A stretch of 63,791 nt of DNA, counting the filler, from Octopus bimaculoides (taxonomy: Eukaryota), in the NCBI RefSeq assembly GCF_001194135.2. It is 7 parts of 7 records of this genome, joined end to end, with 100 filler letters (N's around TTAATTAATTAA, not from the genome) between each part and the next. Parts side by side here need not be neighbours in the genome. Positions count along the whole stretch, not along the records: positions 31,941 to 50,163 come from NC_068989.1; positions 50,264 to 52,813 come from NC_068991.1; 5 more parts are not named here. One strand, written 5' to 3'. Position numbers and translations under genes: made by a program. Shown piece after piece: positions 38,585-50,969 of the stretch (position 1 is the stretch's first letter; each line of letters begins with the position of its first letter). The notes under the pieces were generated by a model. The model worked only from the letters and a program-made list of their open reading frames with translations. It made no database searches and was not told where the DNA came from.

Positions 38585-38965
38585 TATTTCTTATTTCTTT
38601 ATTGCCCAAAAGGGGCTAAACACAGAGGGGACAAACAAGGACAAACAAAGGGATTAAGTCGATTACATCGACCCCAGTGTGCATCAGTTTGTACTGGAGT
38701 TTATACGAACGAAAATCATTTTCTATTAATTTTGATATTTCATGCTTTGAAGTCAGCGCGCTGGCAGAAACGTTAGCGCGCCGGGCAAAATACATAACGA
38801 CATAACTTTTGTCTTTGATTTCTGAGTTCAAATTTTGCCGAGGTAAAAACATTTCCTTGCATCATTTGAGGTTCGATAAAATAAGTATCAGTTAAATACT
38901 GTGGTCGATGCGATCAACATAAACACTGCCTCGAAATAGCTGGTCTTGTGTCCAAATTTGAAACT
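38585..38965. mobile_element. SINE family-1: minus 3' half (38585-38680) and plus copy (38757-38965)
   Basis: aggggctaaacacagaggggacaaacaagg...ttaagtcgattacatcgacccc and gctggcagaaacgttagcgcgccgggc...ttctgagttcaaat. Confidence 0.8.
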
Positions 38966-39451
38966 ATCATAGCTATTTCTCAGTATTGTATATTTAGTCT
39001 TCCTGAAATTTCTGTGTATTTCGTGCGTATTCTAATCTCAAGAGTTAGTGAGTTTTCAGATAACATATTTTAAAACACCTGCCTTACCTTGTTTTTAATT
39101 AACAACGTCTCGTGTGTCTGCAGAGAATAGACTCTCTTAATATATCAAATGTTTGCTTCTTGTAGAATATTTTATTAGTCAATTTATTCTAGAGTTCTTG
39201 GTATGTTCTGAAGAGCTTAGTCATATTAAAGCAAGAATAACCAAACTCATTAGCAATTATTATGCATACGTTTTTAGTAATATTTCTTCTATTCCGCAAT
39301 GGAATAACAATGGGAGTAACATTGACAATGAAAATCTAGAAATGTCAGCCAGTATATAAATCAGTTCAAAACGCTAAGCAATGCTGATGCTCATATTAAA
39401 TTCTTGTTGAGCGAATATCTATTCATGTATTTAGGAAATATATCACCCCAC

Positions 39452-39534
<83 letters not shown>

Positions 39535-40289
39535 GAGAGAGAGAGAGAGAGCATAACCTGTAAAGTAATAATTATCCAAAAGAGGGGTGATCCACTAACT
39601 ACTCGTCGGGTCCAAAACAATTTTTTCAGTTCATCGAATTTCTGTATGGGAAAATTTACAACCGTCTACATCAATAAACGACTGCTGTTTCTGAATGTTG
39701 TTTATACATTCTACGGAGTTCTCGAAGCTTACTGTCTCTCTACACCTCGATCTTTGCAGCTTATATAATATATATATATATATAGGGGGGAGAAAGTAAG
39801 AAGAAAAATAAGCTAAAATGCACATTGGAAATTAAAAAAAGTAAAGGTTTTTTAATGAAAAGTAACGATAGATATATACAGTTAGATGAACTGAGGTAGG
39901 AATAAAAGTAACAGAAGACATTGTGAGTTGTTAAAGAGATTCAAAAGCATACCGGTTTTGTAATATTATTACACACACACACACACACACACACATATAT
40001 TTATATATACATACACACACACATACGAACTTTATGTCAGTTACGATATGTTAGAGACCTATATCAATTTCGGAAATTAAATTCAATGCATTTACCGTGG
40101 TTACAACTTCTCTCTTAAGGTAAAAGGCATAAAAATACCACACCTGCTCGGTGTTGCCAAGTCTCGGATTCCCAGCTGCAACGTTTCTAGCTCCTTACTC
40201 GTTATCAATAAAAATTACCGAAGAGAGTTAACTCTGGAAGGATTTAAAGCCGTAGCATTAGCTAATACATAGTCAAGAACAACGTTTGT

Positions 40290-40860
40290 GTTGCGCTATC
40301 GGATGGTCAGGTCGGACGAAAGTCAGCATTATCACCAATGTATAGGCATATTTGAACCTTAGGTTAGTTAAAATATGTTTGCGACATACTCCAACTTTTA
40401 AAAGGCAAATTCACTGCAGTTACGGTGGTGAAAAAATTCTCTTTTAAAAATGTGTAAACTCAGTCATTGCTTGATATGGGCAAGAATGCCTCATTTTCTG
40501 TGCATAGCACCAAGATAATGGAAATGTGCCGGCAAGTAGCCGAATAGATCCTGAGAATATTCAGAAAAAGGGACCAAGACAGTAAGCTTGCTTTATGGAA
40601 GACATTTGTGCTGAGATGTCATTTGTGCTCTCAACTCTGCTCACGCCAAAATGTCAAATTGATAGCGGACATGAGGCGGTTCAGTGGTGCTACACCATGA
40701 CGGCTGCATTAATGGTACAGCTGGGCTACTGGGAGGGATTAAAAGTTACAGCTCTACTACATGGAGGAGAGATATGCACCAATATGTGTATGGAGGATCA
40801 TAGGAGATTGGCACCAAACTTTGGTATCAAGAGCTATACCAGTTCCCTAACTGTTCTTAA
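40290..40860 (+). mobile_element. Decayed CR1-group LINE fragment related to 15715-17150
   Basis: cagttacggtgg..., ggcaagtagccgaatagatcctgagaatattcaga, and ILGLAPNFGIKSY-like end matching EGLVRNFGIESY. Confidence 0.6.
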
Positions 40861-41639
40861 TATACTTATTCTTAATATATAAAATCTATACACAATTTCA
40901 GTCTTCGCACACGTATACACACACACAAATACACTCACACCTATAAATGTATATTTAAATGCAATTGCAAAAATAGGAATGTGGTAGATTTGAAATAAAA
41001 TCTCGTTGTGTACAACTTAGTTAGGCTGGTTGTTAGACCTGAAGTACATCTTTGAGAAGAAAGGGAAAATGAATATTAAGAACGGATAAGAAAATCTTCA
41101 GATGTTCTGTAGATATTTCTATAAATGTAACAGTGAGATAAGCAATATTTAAGAAATAACGATACTAGATATTTATGAGTACAATATTCAGAAGACAATA
41201 TCTGATAGAACTGGTAAATGTTTTGAAGTACATGTAATTCTATGTGCATGAATGTAATTTATAATTCAGCACGAAATTGTTTGGGCTATTGTATTGAGAG
41301 AGGAGAGAAAAAACAAATGAAATATGTGGAAAATGACAAGCACACTATTATTTCGTATAAATTTATTCGTATCAGACGAATAATATTTTTAATGCATGAG
41401 ACACCGCTTTTTGCACATTCTCTGACACTTCTAATAAAAATTGCTGATATATCTATATTCTTACTTTATCATATGTGATGCATATATTCATTGGTCTTAA
41501 AAAAATATATATATGAAAATAGGATATAATGTTACGACATACAAATATATATTACGAAATGATGGCAATTTATCATAATATGAGACTTCCCTAAGGTCGC
41601 CCAAAAGAAAGCAGACATAACTTTCTCTATTCATAATTT

Positions 41640-42215
41640 ACAGTCTTCAATAAGTTTGGAAGACATTAGATGACTTCGTCCAAAAACTCATATCAAATAA
41701 TAATGAAATATTGAAGGACAACAATTACATTTTCTTTGACTATTGGTCTTCTCCATCGGAATTGAGCTTCAGATGCACAAAAACAATAATGATAGTACAT
41801 TTGTTGCACAGCGGGTAATGTAACTTTGCCATGTTTAATGTATGTTTGTATGTATGTCTGTTTTTGTATTGATTTCTATTTAAGTCCTCAAGAGAGTTGA
41901 ATGTTGTAGCAACCAAAGCGAAAAGACATTTTGAGTTGAGAGACTTCCCGGTGTTTTTTAAAATGTGGTTGAGCTGTCGAAGTACACGCCCATGTGTGAG
42001 CATCTATTTAACTAAATAACCTCAAGAACCTTTGGAATGTCTTACAATTCTTCACTGTGCAACTAATACTTTTGATTTCGAGAAAAAGTCAACTTCTTTT
42101 TCTCTGTCTTCGAAATAACTAGTATTTCTAAGTTGTTGCGTAACTCTTTCGGTGCATAGCCAAATGCACCGATGACGATAGATACAAATGATAATTTATA
42201 ATCAGGGTTTGTATG
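41640..42215 (-). mobile_element. R4/Dong-like RLE retrotransposon fragments
   Basis: NPDYKLSFVSIVIGAFGYAPKELRNNLEIL and RQLNHILKNTGKSLNSKCLFAL...LNMAKLHYP. Confidence 0.55.
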
Positions 42216-42925
42216 TGTTTCTATGTATGTATGTTTATATAAATGCGCGCACACACACACACACACACACACNNNNNNNNNNNNNNNNNNNNNNNNNNNN
42301 NNNNNNNNNNNNNNNNNNNNNNNNNNNNNNNNNNNNNNNNNNNNNNNNNNNNNNNNNNNNNNNNNNNNNNNNNNNNNNNNNNNNNNNNNNNNNNNNNNNN
42401 NNNNNNNNNNNNNNNNNNNNNNNNNNNNNNNNNNNNNNNNNNNNNNNNNNNNNNNNNNNNNNNNNNNNNNNNNNNNNNNNNNNNNNNNNNNNNNNNNNNN
42501 NNNNNNNNNNNNNNNNNNNNNNNNNNNNNNNNNNNNNNNNNNNNNNNNNNNNNNNNNNNNNNNNNNNNNNNNNNNNNNNNNNNNNNNNNNNNNNNNNNNN
42601 NNNNNNNNNNNNNNNNNNNNNNNNNNNNNNNNNNNNNNNNNNNNNNNNNNNNNNNNNNNNNNNNNNNNNNNNNNNNNNNNNNNNNNNNNNNNNNNNNNNN
42701 NNNNNNNNNNNNNNNNNNNNNNNNNNNNNNNNNNNNNNNNNNNNNNNNNNNNNNNNNNNNNNNNNNNNNNNNNNNNNNNNNNNNNNNNNNNNNNNNNNNN
42801 NNNNNNNNNNNNNNNNNNNNNNNNNNNNNNNNNNNNNNNNNNNNNNNNNNNNNNNNNNNNNNNNNNNNNNNNNNNNNNNNNNNNNNNNNNNNNNNNNNNN
42901 NNNNNNNNNNNNNNNNNNNNNNNNN

Positions 42926-42987
<62 letters not shown>

Positions 42988-44154
42988 TATGTACATATAT
43001 ATGTATATGTTTGTATATATTTATTGTTATATAAATATGAAATAGAATCTATCTCAAACATAAACATGTTCTCCTGAAACAATGAATGCGTTTGAATTTT
43101 GTATCTCATTGCTAGTATCTCATAGCAGAATTGTACCAAAATTGTATGGAGGTTAAGTAGAAGCAAAAATGCAAAGTTGAACCAACAGATACCGCACATT
43201 CAGAAGTTAGTACCGTAGACTCCAGGTTTGGCGTTAGTTTCTTAAAATCGGTAATGATGATTTAATCAGACCTACGCAGCGTTGATCATGTGTAACGAAC
43301 TGCACAACTTGGCAACAGCACCCTGATCCCCTCAGTATATCGATGACAGAATTGAAGCCAATAACACGAATATGTTATTGACTCAAACTGAACATAAGTA
43401 CTAAGAATGTAATATGAAAACACTGTAATGAATCGTAATAAATTGAAAAGTTCAGCTTTTCAGCATACGACGGGCCATGCACACATATAGGTATGTGTGT
43501 CTGTACAATTAAACATATGTGTATGTAAATGTGTGTGCAGGTGTCTTTCACACACACACACGCGCGCGGGCGCGCATATATTAAATCTGTTTCGATGTCG
43601 AGAGAAAATAAAAATGATTTTGCATTAAACATGAACTACACAATACTATGGAATTTATATTCATTTTTCTTTGCAAGAATAGTGTTAACAGTGACTTCGA
43701 AGTTTCAGTGTACTTCAGATTGTGGTACATATAAGTTCAGCTTAACAGTCTATAGTCTTTGGTGATCTTATTTTTCTGGAATTGGTGGAACTCTGTCGTA
43801 AAGTATCAAGTTGAAGGGTGAAGACCTGCTGGAAAGATTTTAGGTTGTTAGTGCTTTACAAAGTTTTGCATGTGTGATGAACACAACACCAACGTAATCA
43901 GGAGCTTCTATATGGGTATGTCAGGTTCAAATCTTATGATTGCATTTTAGAATTTACAAAAGAAAATACGTAGGTGAAAATGTTATTTGGCCACCAGATG
44001 TGTGACTAGGTTTCGTTGTTGATATTATTTGACTACTAATGGGTGATTTAATCTTTTTGTTTTGTTACGGTTGAGGCTATTGTTCGGAGTTCAGTCCACC
44101 TTTTATAACTTTGAAATTTGGTCTGTCGCTTAAGGTGATTGAGTTTTCACTATA

Positions 44155-44800
44155 CAGGGTACGTAAGGTATTTGGGGACAGATTTGTGTTTATAAAAAAC
44201 ATATACAATAAGATAACTTTATTTCTCAAAAGCTATGAGGATAAAAATAAACCTTTTCTATAAGGTTATTCAATAAAGCCACCTTCAGCTTCAACAACTG
44301 CTTCTATATGAGATCTAAATCCTCTACATGCTCGAATCAAGTGATCTTGGTTCATTTTTGACATTACTCTGACTATGGCAGCTTTCAAAGAGTCTTTGGT
44401 ATTATGGGTGTGTTCATTGACCTCTCTCTCAACAACGCTCCACATGTAATAGTCCAATGGACTGAGATCTGAGGAATTAGGAGGCCAAGTGTTAAATGTG
44501 TGATCAGGAACATTCTTAGCCATCCATTCCTGTACTGCTAGAGCCATGTGTGATAGTGCTGAGTCTTGCTGAAACCCACATGGCCTTCCATTGCTTACAC
44601 TGTCTAACCAGGGCTTAACAATTATTTTCAGGACTTCAATGTAGGCGGCTAAGTTAACTCTAAGGCCTTGTGGAAAAAAGTACGGAAGCATCATATGTCC
44701 TTCATTGCAGACAACTCCCATACCATGACAGTCAGAGGAAAGTTTTATGCATAACACTTGGAACTTCAGAAGGGTCTGCACACAACCATTTGTTATTTCT
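44155..44800 (-). mobile_element. Tc1/mariner transposon 3' half (DDD catalytic region) with right TIR
   Basis: ORF 44266-44781: FQQDSALSH...WPPNSSDLSPLDYYMWS...EAEGGFIE. TA|CAGGGT terminus at 44153-44160. Confidence 0.9.
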
Positions 44801-45639
44801 TCTGTTAACTTTTTGATCTTGGTCGAAGTGTTTCTTGTTTGAGAAAAACCAAATCAAATCTTCTCTATGGATTTTTCAGTTTGTTTAAGAGCTCTGATGT
44901 AGTGCTTTTCTTTTGGGTTTTTCTGCTAAATTGACCTTTCCTCATCATATATGACATATCTGATGTCTTCGTGGACAACATTTTTTTAATGTTCCTTCTG
45001 ACACACGTAGATCTTTGACAATTGACCTCATGAACTTTCTGGGATTGTAATCAATGTAGGCGGTTAAGTTAACTCTAAGGCCTTGTGTAAAGAAGTTGAA
45101 CTTGTTGGGTAAATTTAGGTGTTGTGATGATTTCAGAGCGTTTAGAATCCTTTTTATTCTTCGACACTGGTGTCTGTGTATTTATGCATGATTGGAATAA
45201 TGAGATACATAGAATGTCGCCCAGGATAAAAATGCTAATTTATCGAAATATTCCACAAAAGAATGGAAGCTAAACAAGAACCTTTCGGCAATTGTTAGAA
45301 ACTGAATATGAGAATGGGAAATTATTTCAAATGAATAAGAATAAATTCATCTTTTGAGGGAGATAAAAGGTCAACCATGGCTATTGTCTTTCGGGTTTCA
45401 TTTGAGCAAATAAACACGAAGGCAATTGGTTATTATAGATAAAGAGATTGGACATGTCTACGCATGCTCATCAAAATTTTATAAGCGTGCTTAGCAGTTG
45501 CCAATGCAAGCAAGTCTCTTTTCAGCTCCGCCCACGTTGGTGGGCGAATACAGTTTAGAATTAATATCTTCGTAGGATCAAATACCACAAGGTATTTCAT
45601 TTAAAGACTACTTTTTTATTCCATTCAATCATTAGATCC

Positions 45640-45843
45640 CGGTCATACTGGGGCACAACCATGGCAAATTTTAGTCAAATGAATCGACTCCAGTACTTAT
45701 TGGATGTTAAAACCTGGCACTTAATTTATCGTTCTGTTTTTCTGAACCGCTAGATTACGGGGTTATAAACTTACCAAACACTGGTAATAAAAAGGTGACT
45801 GGAGACAAATTGAGACAGAAAGAATCTAAACACACACGCACAA

Positions 45844-45893
<50 letters not shown>

Positions 45894-46055
45894 TCACAAA
45901 GGACTTCTTCAGTTTCCGTCTACCAAGTCCATTTACAAGCTCTTGGTCAGCCCGATGCTCTAGTAGAAGGGACTTGACCAAGTTGCAATGCATTGGGACT
46001 GAACCCGGAACCATGTGGTTGGGAAGCCAACGTCTTACCACACAATCATCCCTGC
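45640..46055 (-). mobile_element. SINE family-2, both halves split by (TA)n
   Basis: Reverse complement of gtgtggtaagacgttggcttcccaaccacatggttccgggttcagtccc...gtagacggaaactgaagaagtcc, plus the ggttcagaaaaac half. Confidence 0.75.
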
Positions 46056-48229
46056 GTCTATGTCTATAATTCCCTGCTGCCATTTCACTAGATTAGTAAA
46101 TTTTTTTATAGAACATGAAAGGAGGAAAGGATTATTTCTGAATAGTAATTAAAAATGAATACTAATGAAATATTCACTAAAATAATAGTCTATAACCAGA
46201 TCGATTCCTTTCTCTGTTTATTTGACGTTGAAAAAGAAATGGTTCATGGAATGCTTTGGAATGGTAAACTCCAACTACATTTAATGAAAGATGAAGACAT
46301 GCATGCTTGAATTAACACAGTTATGAAAGCTAAATTTGGCATCAATTATAATTAGATTCCTCCCTTCCTAAAGAATACTGAAGACAAGAAAGGAGGGGTT
46401 GGAAAATACTTCGTATTGGTCTACTAGGGTGAGAACGATATGTCCAAGGAAAGAAGGAGAGATAATAGTGGGGAGAGAGAAAGGAAGAGTGAGGGAGAGA
46501 GTTAACGAATTAATGAAAGACAATGATTGAAATACAAATAATTATTAATGAAAGCAGAGAAAAACTATGCGAAATAGTTTAGTTAATTTGATGATGCTAC
46601 CAAAATTTTAATACTCCATTATGTTCCTTTTAATGAACTGATACAACACAAGTCGGGAATTTGTTGTGGGAAAAAAAGCAATCCATCATACATGAATGGT
46701 TACGAATTAAACGAATTGTAAATGAGGGATATCTTGATGCAAAGACATTGAACAGTTTCTACTTAGATGTTAATGTAAATAATAAAAGGAATGCTGAAAG
46801 CTATACAATGAAATATACGATGGCGTCCAATATTACTGTAATTACTTTTATTTAAACAGTAAAAGGAAAAGCAACAACAATACATTAAGTAGGATACTAA
46901 TCAGTTATTACAGCATCGCTATTGTGTGATTCAATGAAAGATATTAAGCTTTCGCAATTACAGATTATGAAACGATTTCAAAAAAATATTCACTGAGAGT
47001 CTATAGAATTAGTTTTACATTTCACTAATTATCGAATTATGTCGACATAGAAACGAGAAGTAGGCATCTGCTTTCATTCAATAATAAAACATGCGTTCGA
47101 ATTTCCTGTGTGTGTGTGTGTGTGTGTGTACGAATGTATGTGTGCATTTTTGTGTATATATATATATATATATATGCATGTGCGTGTGTTTTTATGTATG
47201 CATATATGTGTACGTGTGTGTGTGTGTGAAAAGAAATTTGTTTTTATGTATTTACATACATAATTACATATTTAATTATATATACACATAAACCAAAACT
47301 AGAAGAAAACGCCAACAATTTGCGCCGCTAGGATGGATGGGTAACCACGACAATAAATTGAAAGGAGAATAATGAGTTGAGTTCACAGCTCACTAATTAC
47401 ATTTTGTGCATAAATTTTACACAAATCTATGGTGTCTCTTCACACCAACGTATTGAGGGATGAGATGCTCAGCGAACAACTGCTACCATTAGAAAATTAC
47501 GAGCCAGTATAAACAAGTTGCTTCCAACACCACAATAAAATTTTAACTTATTCTAGTCTAAAATCTGGCATGAAAAGAGGGATTTCAACCTTAATGCATC
47601 ATGGCTAAAATATAGTTAAGAGGGAATACAGTACCAGCATCGAAAGTAAAATATACACAAGTGATCCGAAAAGTTTCACTGTAGCTGTAGGCAAACTGCA
47701 TAATGGAAGGATCCTGGAAGAGACCTAATCATTGGATATTAATATAAGAGGCTGACATTTTACAGAAAAGGACTGTGATTATAGGGAAACATTCGACTCT
47801 ATTCTCCACTCATTATGATGAATGGTTATATTATTAAACGCAGAGTTTCAGTTTGTTGGGAACAGCAGAAATACGAAATATAAAGGGAAAAAGCACTAAT
47901 AGAATGACTGGGGCTTTACATCGTGTAAGAAATTTTATATCGTCAAAAGCGATGAGAACATTAATAAACAGATACAAAAAAAAATGACACTGAAGAACTA
48001 AATATGGACATGAAAGGGTGGAATTGAGATAAGATTATTCGAGTTACACCACAAATGATCTCGGATACTTTAACATGCCAAAGCAAGTTCCATCTGCTGG
48101 TTCATGTATCCATGCTCTAACAGGGCGCTTATAATAACGCTATTTAGCGAGGCTAATATTTCCACCTTCACTAAATCTTCAAAGAATGTGACGAGCCAAC
48201 GGCTCACATGTTCTTTTACCTTCCATGGA

Positions 48230-49400
48230 CGGATAACTCATTCCTACAGTTTTTAAACAGCATCCATCATAACTTTTTCTCTGCGACTTGTTATGTAAGG
48301 GCTCCTCTGGTCGTTTCGCTAGTATGGTATTCTTATTTATTGCTTAGTTTTTAGATATTTCAGAACCTGTTCTCTTTCATTTCCTCCTGACAACTGTCTG
48401 ACATTTAAGGCTTTTGTTTTCTATTTGTTGGCTTCGTACAAGAAAGAAAACACACTTTGATATTCGTTTATGTTTTGTCGTTAATTTTTATTAGTTTTCC
48501 ATTATTCGTTACCAGCTATTTTTGTCGTCTTACAGTAGTTATTTTATTATAATAGTTTTCTAGTGATAAAAGGCCAATACCTTCCTGTAATCGTGGTAAA
48601 AATAAACTTCTCTTTGTCAGATTTTGTCTATTGTATTCTATATGCAGGCGTTATTTCTGAAGAGTATCTGTTTTGGTCTAGACGTGTTAATTCATTTAGC
48701 ATTGAGGTGAGAATATTATAAATATAACATTAATAGAACTAAATATTGATGCCCAGTTTCGTGTTTATCTGTATTAAGTATTAATGTAATGTGACTATAG
48801 CATTCTTTACTGATTTCTCATTAGTGTTTATTGTACTCTATCTCATTGATGCCTAATAATACGTCCATCAGTTGTCGCAGTATTTCTCTTGTCTGTATTT
48901 CTTTATCTAGCATAACATATGTATCCTTAATTAATCTTCCCCTCTAAGTTACTCTGATCTTGATCGCATACCATTACGTTTAGTAAACCCGAATTCGTTC
49001 AGTAACCGAGTTACTAGTTTTTCTGTATATTACATTTTCATTTCATCATCTGCAATAAAGTGTTCGGTTGTGGTGTTATGCAAAAGACGGTTCATAGTCT
49101 TTCTGAAATATTTATATTGGAATCCAGTCCGATGAATTGGAAAGAAGTTCTTGTTGAAAATTATTCAAATGGCAATTCCGTTAGAGTTTCTGCTATCTCC
49201 AGATCTATCTAGAAAATTGTCATTTCTTCATTACCTGTTTTATGTATCTACTTCTTACTAATGTCCAGATCTGTGAAACATCGTCGAAAGAGTTCAGGTA
49301 GTCAATCCATGATATTGAAACCTCTTTCTTATTCTGAACTCTTTCGTTATGGCTTCGCTTATGACAACATAAACGTTAGATTATCGAACGAGAGGAAAAT
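48230..49400 (-). mobile_element. Decayed R4/Dong-like RT region
   Basis: SWIDYLNSF resembles AWIDYKKAF. FLPRLQEGIGLLSLENY resembles LYLPRxxGGRGLxxxE. Confidence 0.55.
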
Positions 49401-49720
49401 GAGGGATTCATTTTAGCAGGGTAGGAGCAATTCCAGTGATTTTGTAATAAAACTGAAACAAACTTTCATTTGGTCTCAGTCATTTAAAAATTTCATTGTG
49501 TTTTATATATGGTAAAATTAGCAGAAATATTTGACACAGACACGTCTCTACCTTTGTCCCATTTAACTTATTCTTGAAAAAATATCGAATTTTTCAAAAC
49601 AAAGTGTCTAAATTACACAATAGCATTCTGAGGTATTACAGATTTCTCTCGACAAATTTCGTGTGGCAACGCACACACACATGAAAACCACAAGCACAGA
49701 TCCGAAACTACACACACGCG

Positions 49721-49784
<64 letters not shown>

Positions 49785-49820
49785 CTTGTCTACCCATTCA
49801 ACCACCTATTTCTCTCTCTT

Positions 49821-49852
<32 letters not shown>

Positions 49853-49904
49853 TGTCTCTCTCTTTCTCTCTCTTTATCTCTATCTCTCTTTCTCTCTCTC
49901 TCTC

Positions 49905-50163
49905 TGGGAGTCTGATGTTTAGGTGTCTTGTTGGGTAATCTATTGTTACCTTGATGCTCTGGTGTATTGTATTAGCTATATTCTGGATGTTTTCCATCAC
50001 GATCTTCTCGTTCTCTTCAGTCTGAATGTTTGATGGTGTTTTGACTACGATGTTAATGTCATCCACATATCTCCCGTATAGTTTGAGTGTTATTGAGTGT
50101 TCTTCGAGAGTGTGGCCGGAGACGTGGCAAGCCTATTCATGACCTGGTGGTACAAAAAGCTGA
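49905..50163 (-). mobile_element. Penelope-like RT core fragment with an inverted 5' piece
   Basis: Minus: LEEHSITLKLYGRYVDDINIV...NIANTIHQSIKVTIDYP. Plus 50111-50161: VAGDVASLFMTWWYKKL. Confidence 0.75.
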
Positions 50164-50584
50164 NNNNNNNNNNNNNNNNNNNNNNNNNNNNNNNNNNNNN
50201 NNNNNNNTTAATTAATTAANNNNNNNNNNNNNNNNNNNNNNNNNNNNNNNNNNNNNNNNNNNNCATCATAGCTGAATCCTCATTACACGAAGAAAGCCAT
50301 TGCCAAGAAGACTTACTGAAATGATTCATTATTGTTGCGATATGATGCCCTTATATGGCTTTTAAGCCCAGCCAAACTTTTACACATTTTATTACATACT
50401 AATATGTCTTTTTAGACTTCCACCTGAGAGGCACAGTCTTCCACATTTTACACATGTGAGATTGGAGCCTGGTGCAGCCTTCTGGCTTGCCAGTCCTCAG
50501 TCAAATTGTTCAACCCATGCTAGCATGGAAAGCGGACATTAAACAATGAAGATGATGATGATATATATTTATATATATTAGAAT

Positions 50585-50750
50585 TCACAACCGTGTAAAA
50601 TGTGGAAGGGTGTGCCTCTCAGTTGGAAGTCTAAAAAGACGTTAAGAGAGTGCATATGGTGGTACCTGTTCCTCCTGCCAGTGAGCACAGTTGTCTAGTA
50701 TGTAATAAAATGTGTAAAAGCTTGGCTGGGCTTAAAAACCATGTAAGGGA
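50585..50750 (+). mobile_element. RTE-type LINE 3' end with C2H2-like fingers
   Basis: CVKCGRVCLSVGSL...HSCLVCNKMCKSLAGLKNHVR. Confidence 0.55.
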
Positions 50751-50756
50751 ATCATA

Positions 50757-50829
50757 TTGTATACTGTCAACTTAATGTGACAGTATGATTCCCTTATTGG
50801 GACTGTCACATTAAGTTGACAGTATACAA
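50757..50829. other. Perfect 28-bp inverted repeat with 17-nt loop
   Basis: ttgtatactgtcaacttaatgtgacagt / actgtcacattaagttgacagtatacaa are exact reverse complements. Confidence 0.9.
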
Positions 50830-50969
50830 CGGGTTTATCATAACACTGCTGTTTAATTCTCTCTGTGAAATTTATAATTAGATCATTTCTAATTTTTGTA
50901 ATCAGTGAATGTGTTTTCACTAGAAATATATATATTTGCAAGGGGTTGACAGACATCTTTAGCCAGCTG

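Noticed and set aside
43135-43199. Signal-peptide-like MCGICWFNFAFLLLLNLHTIL as first exon of the Kunitz-Fz gene
   Set aside because: Weak phase-0 donor that is incompatible with the phase-1 Kunitz exon, and it lies two synthetic joins away.
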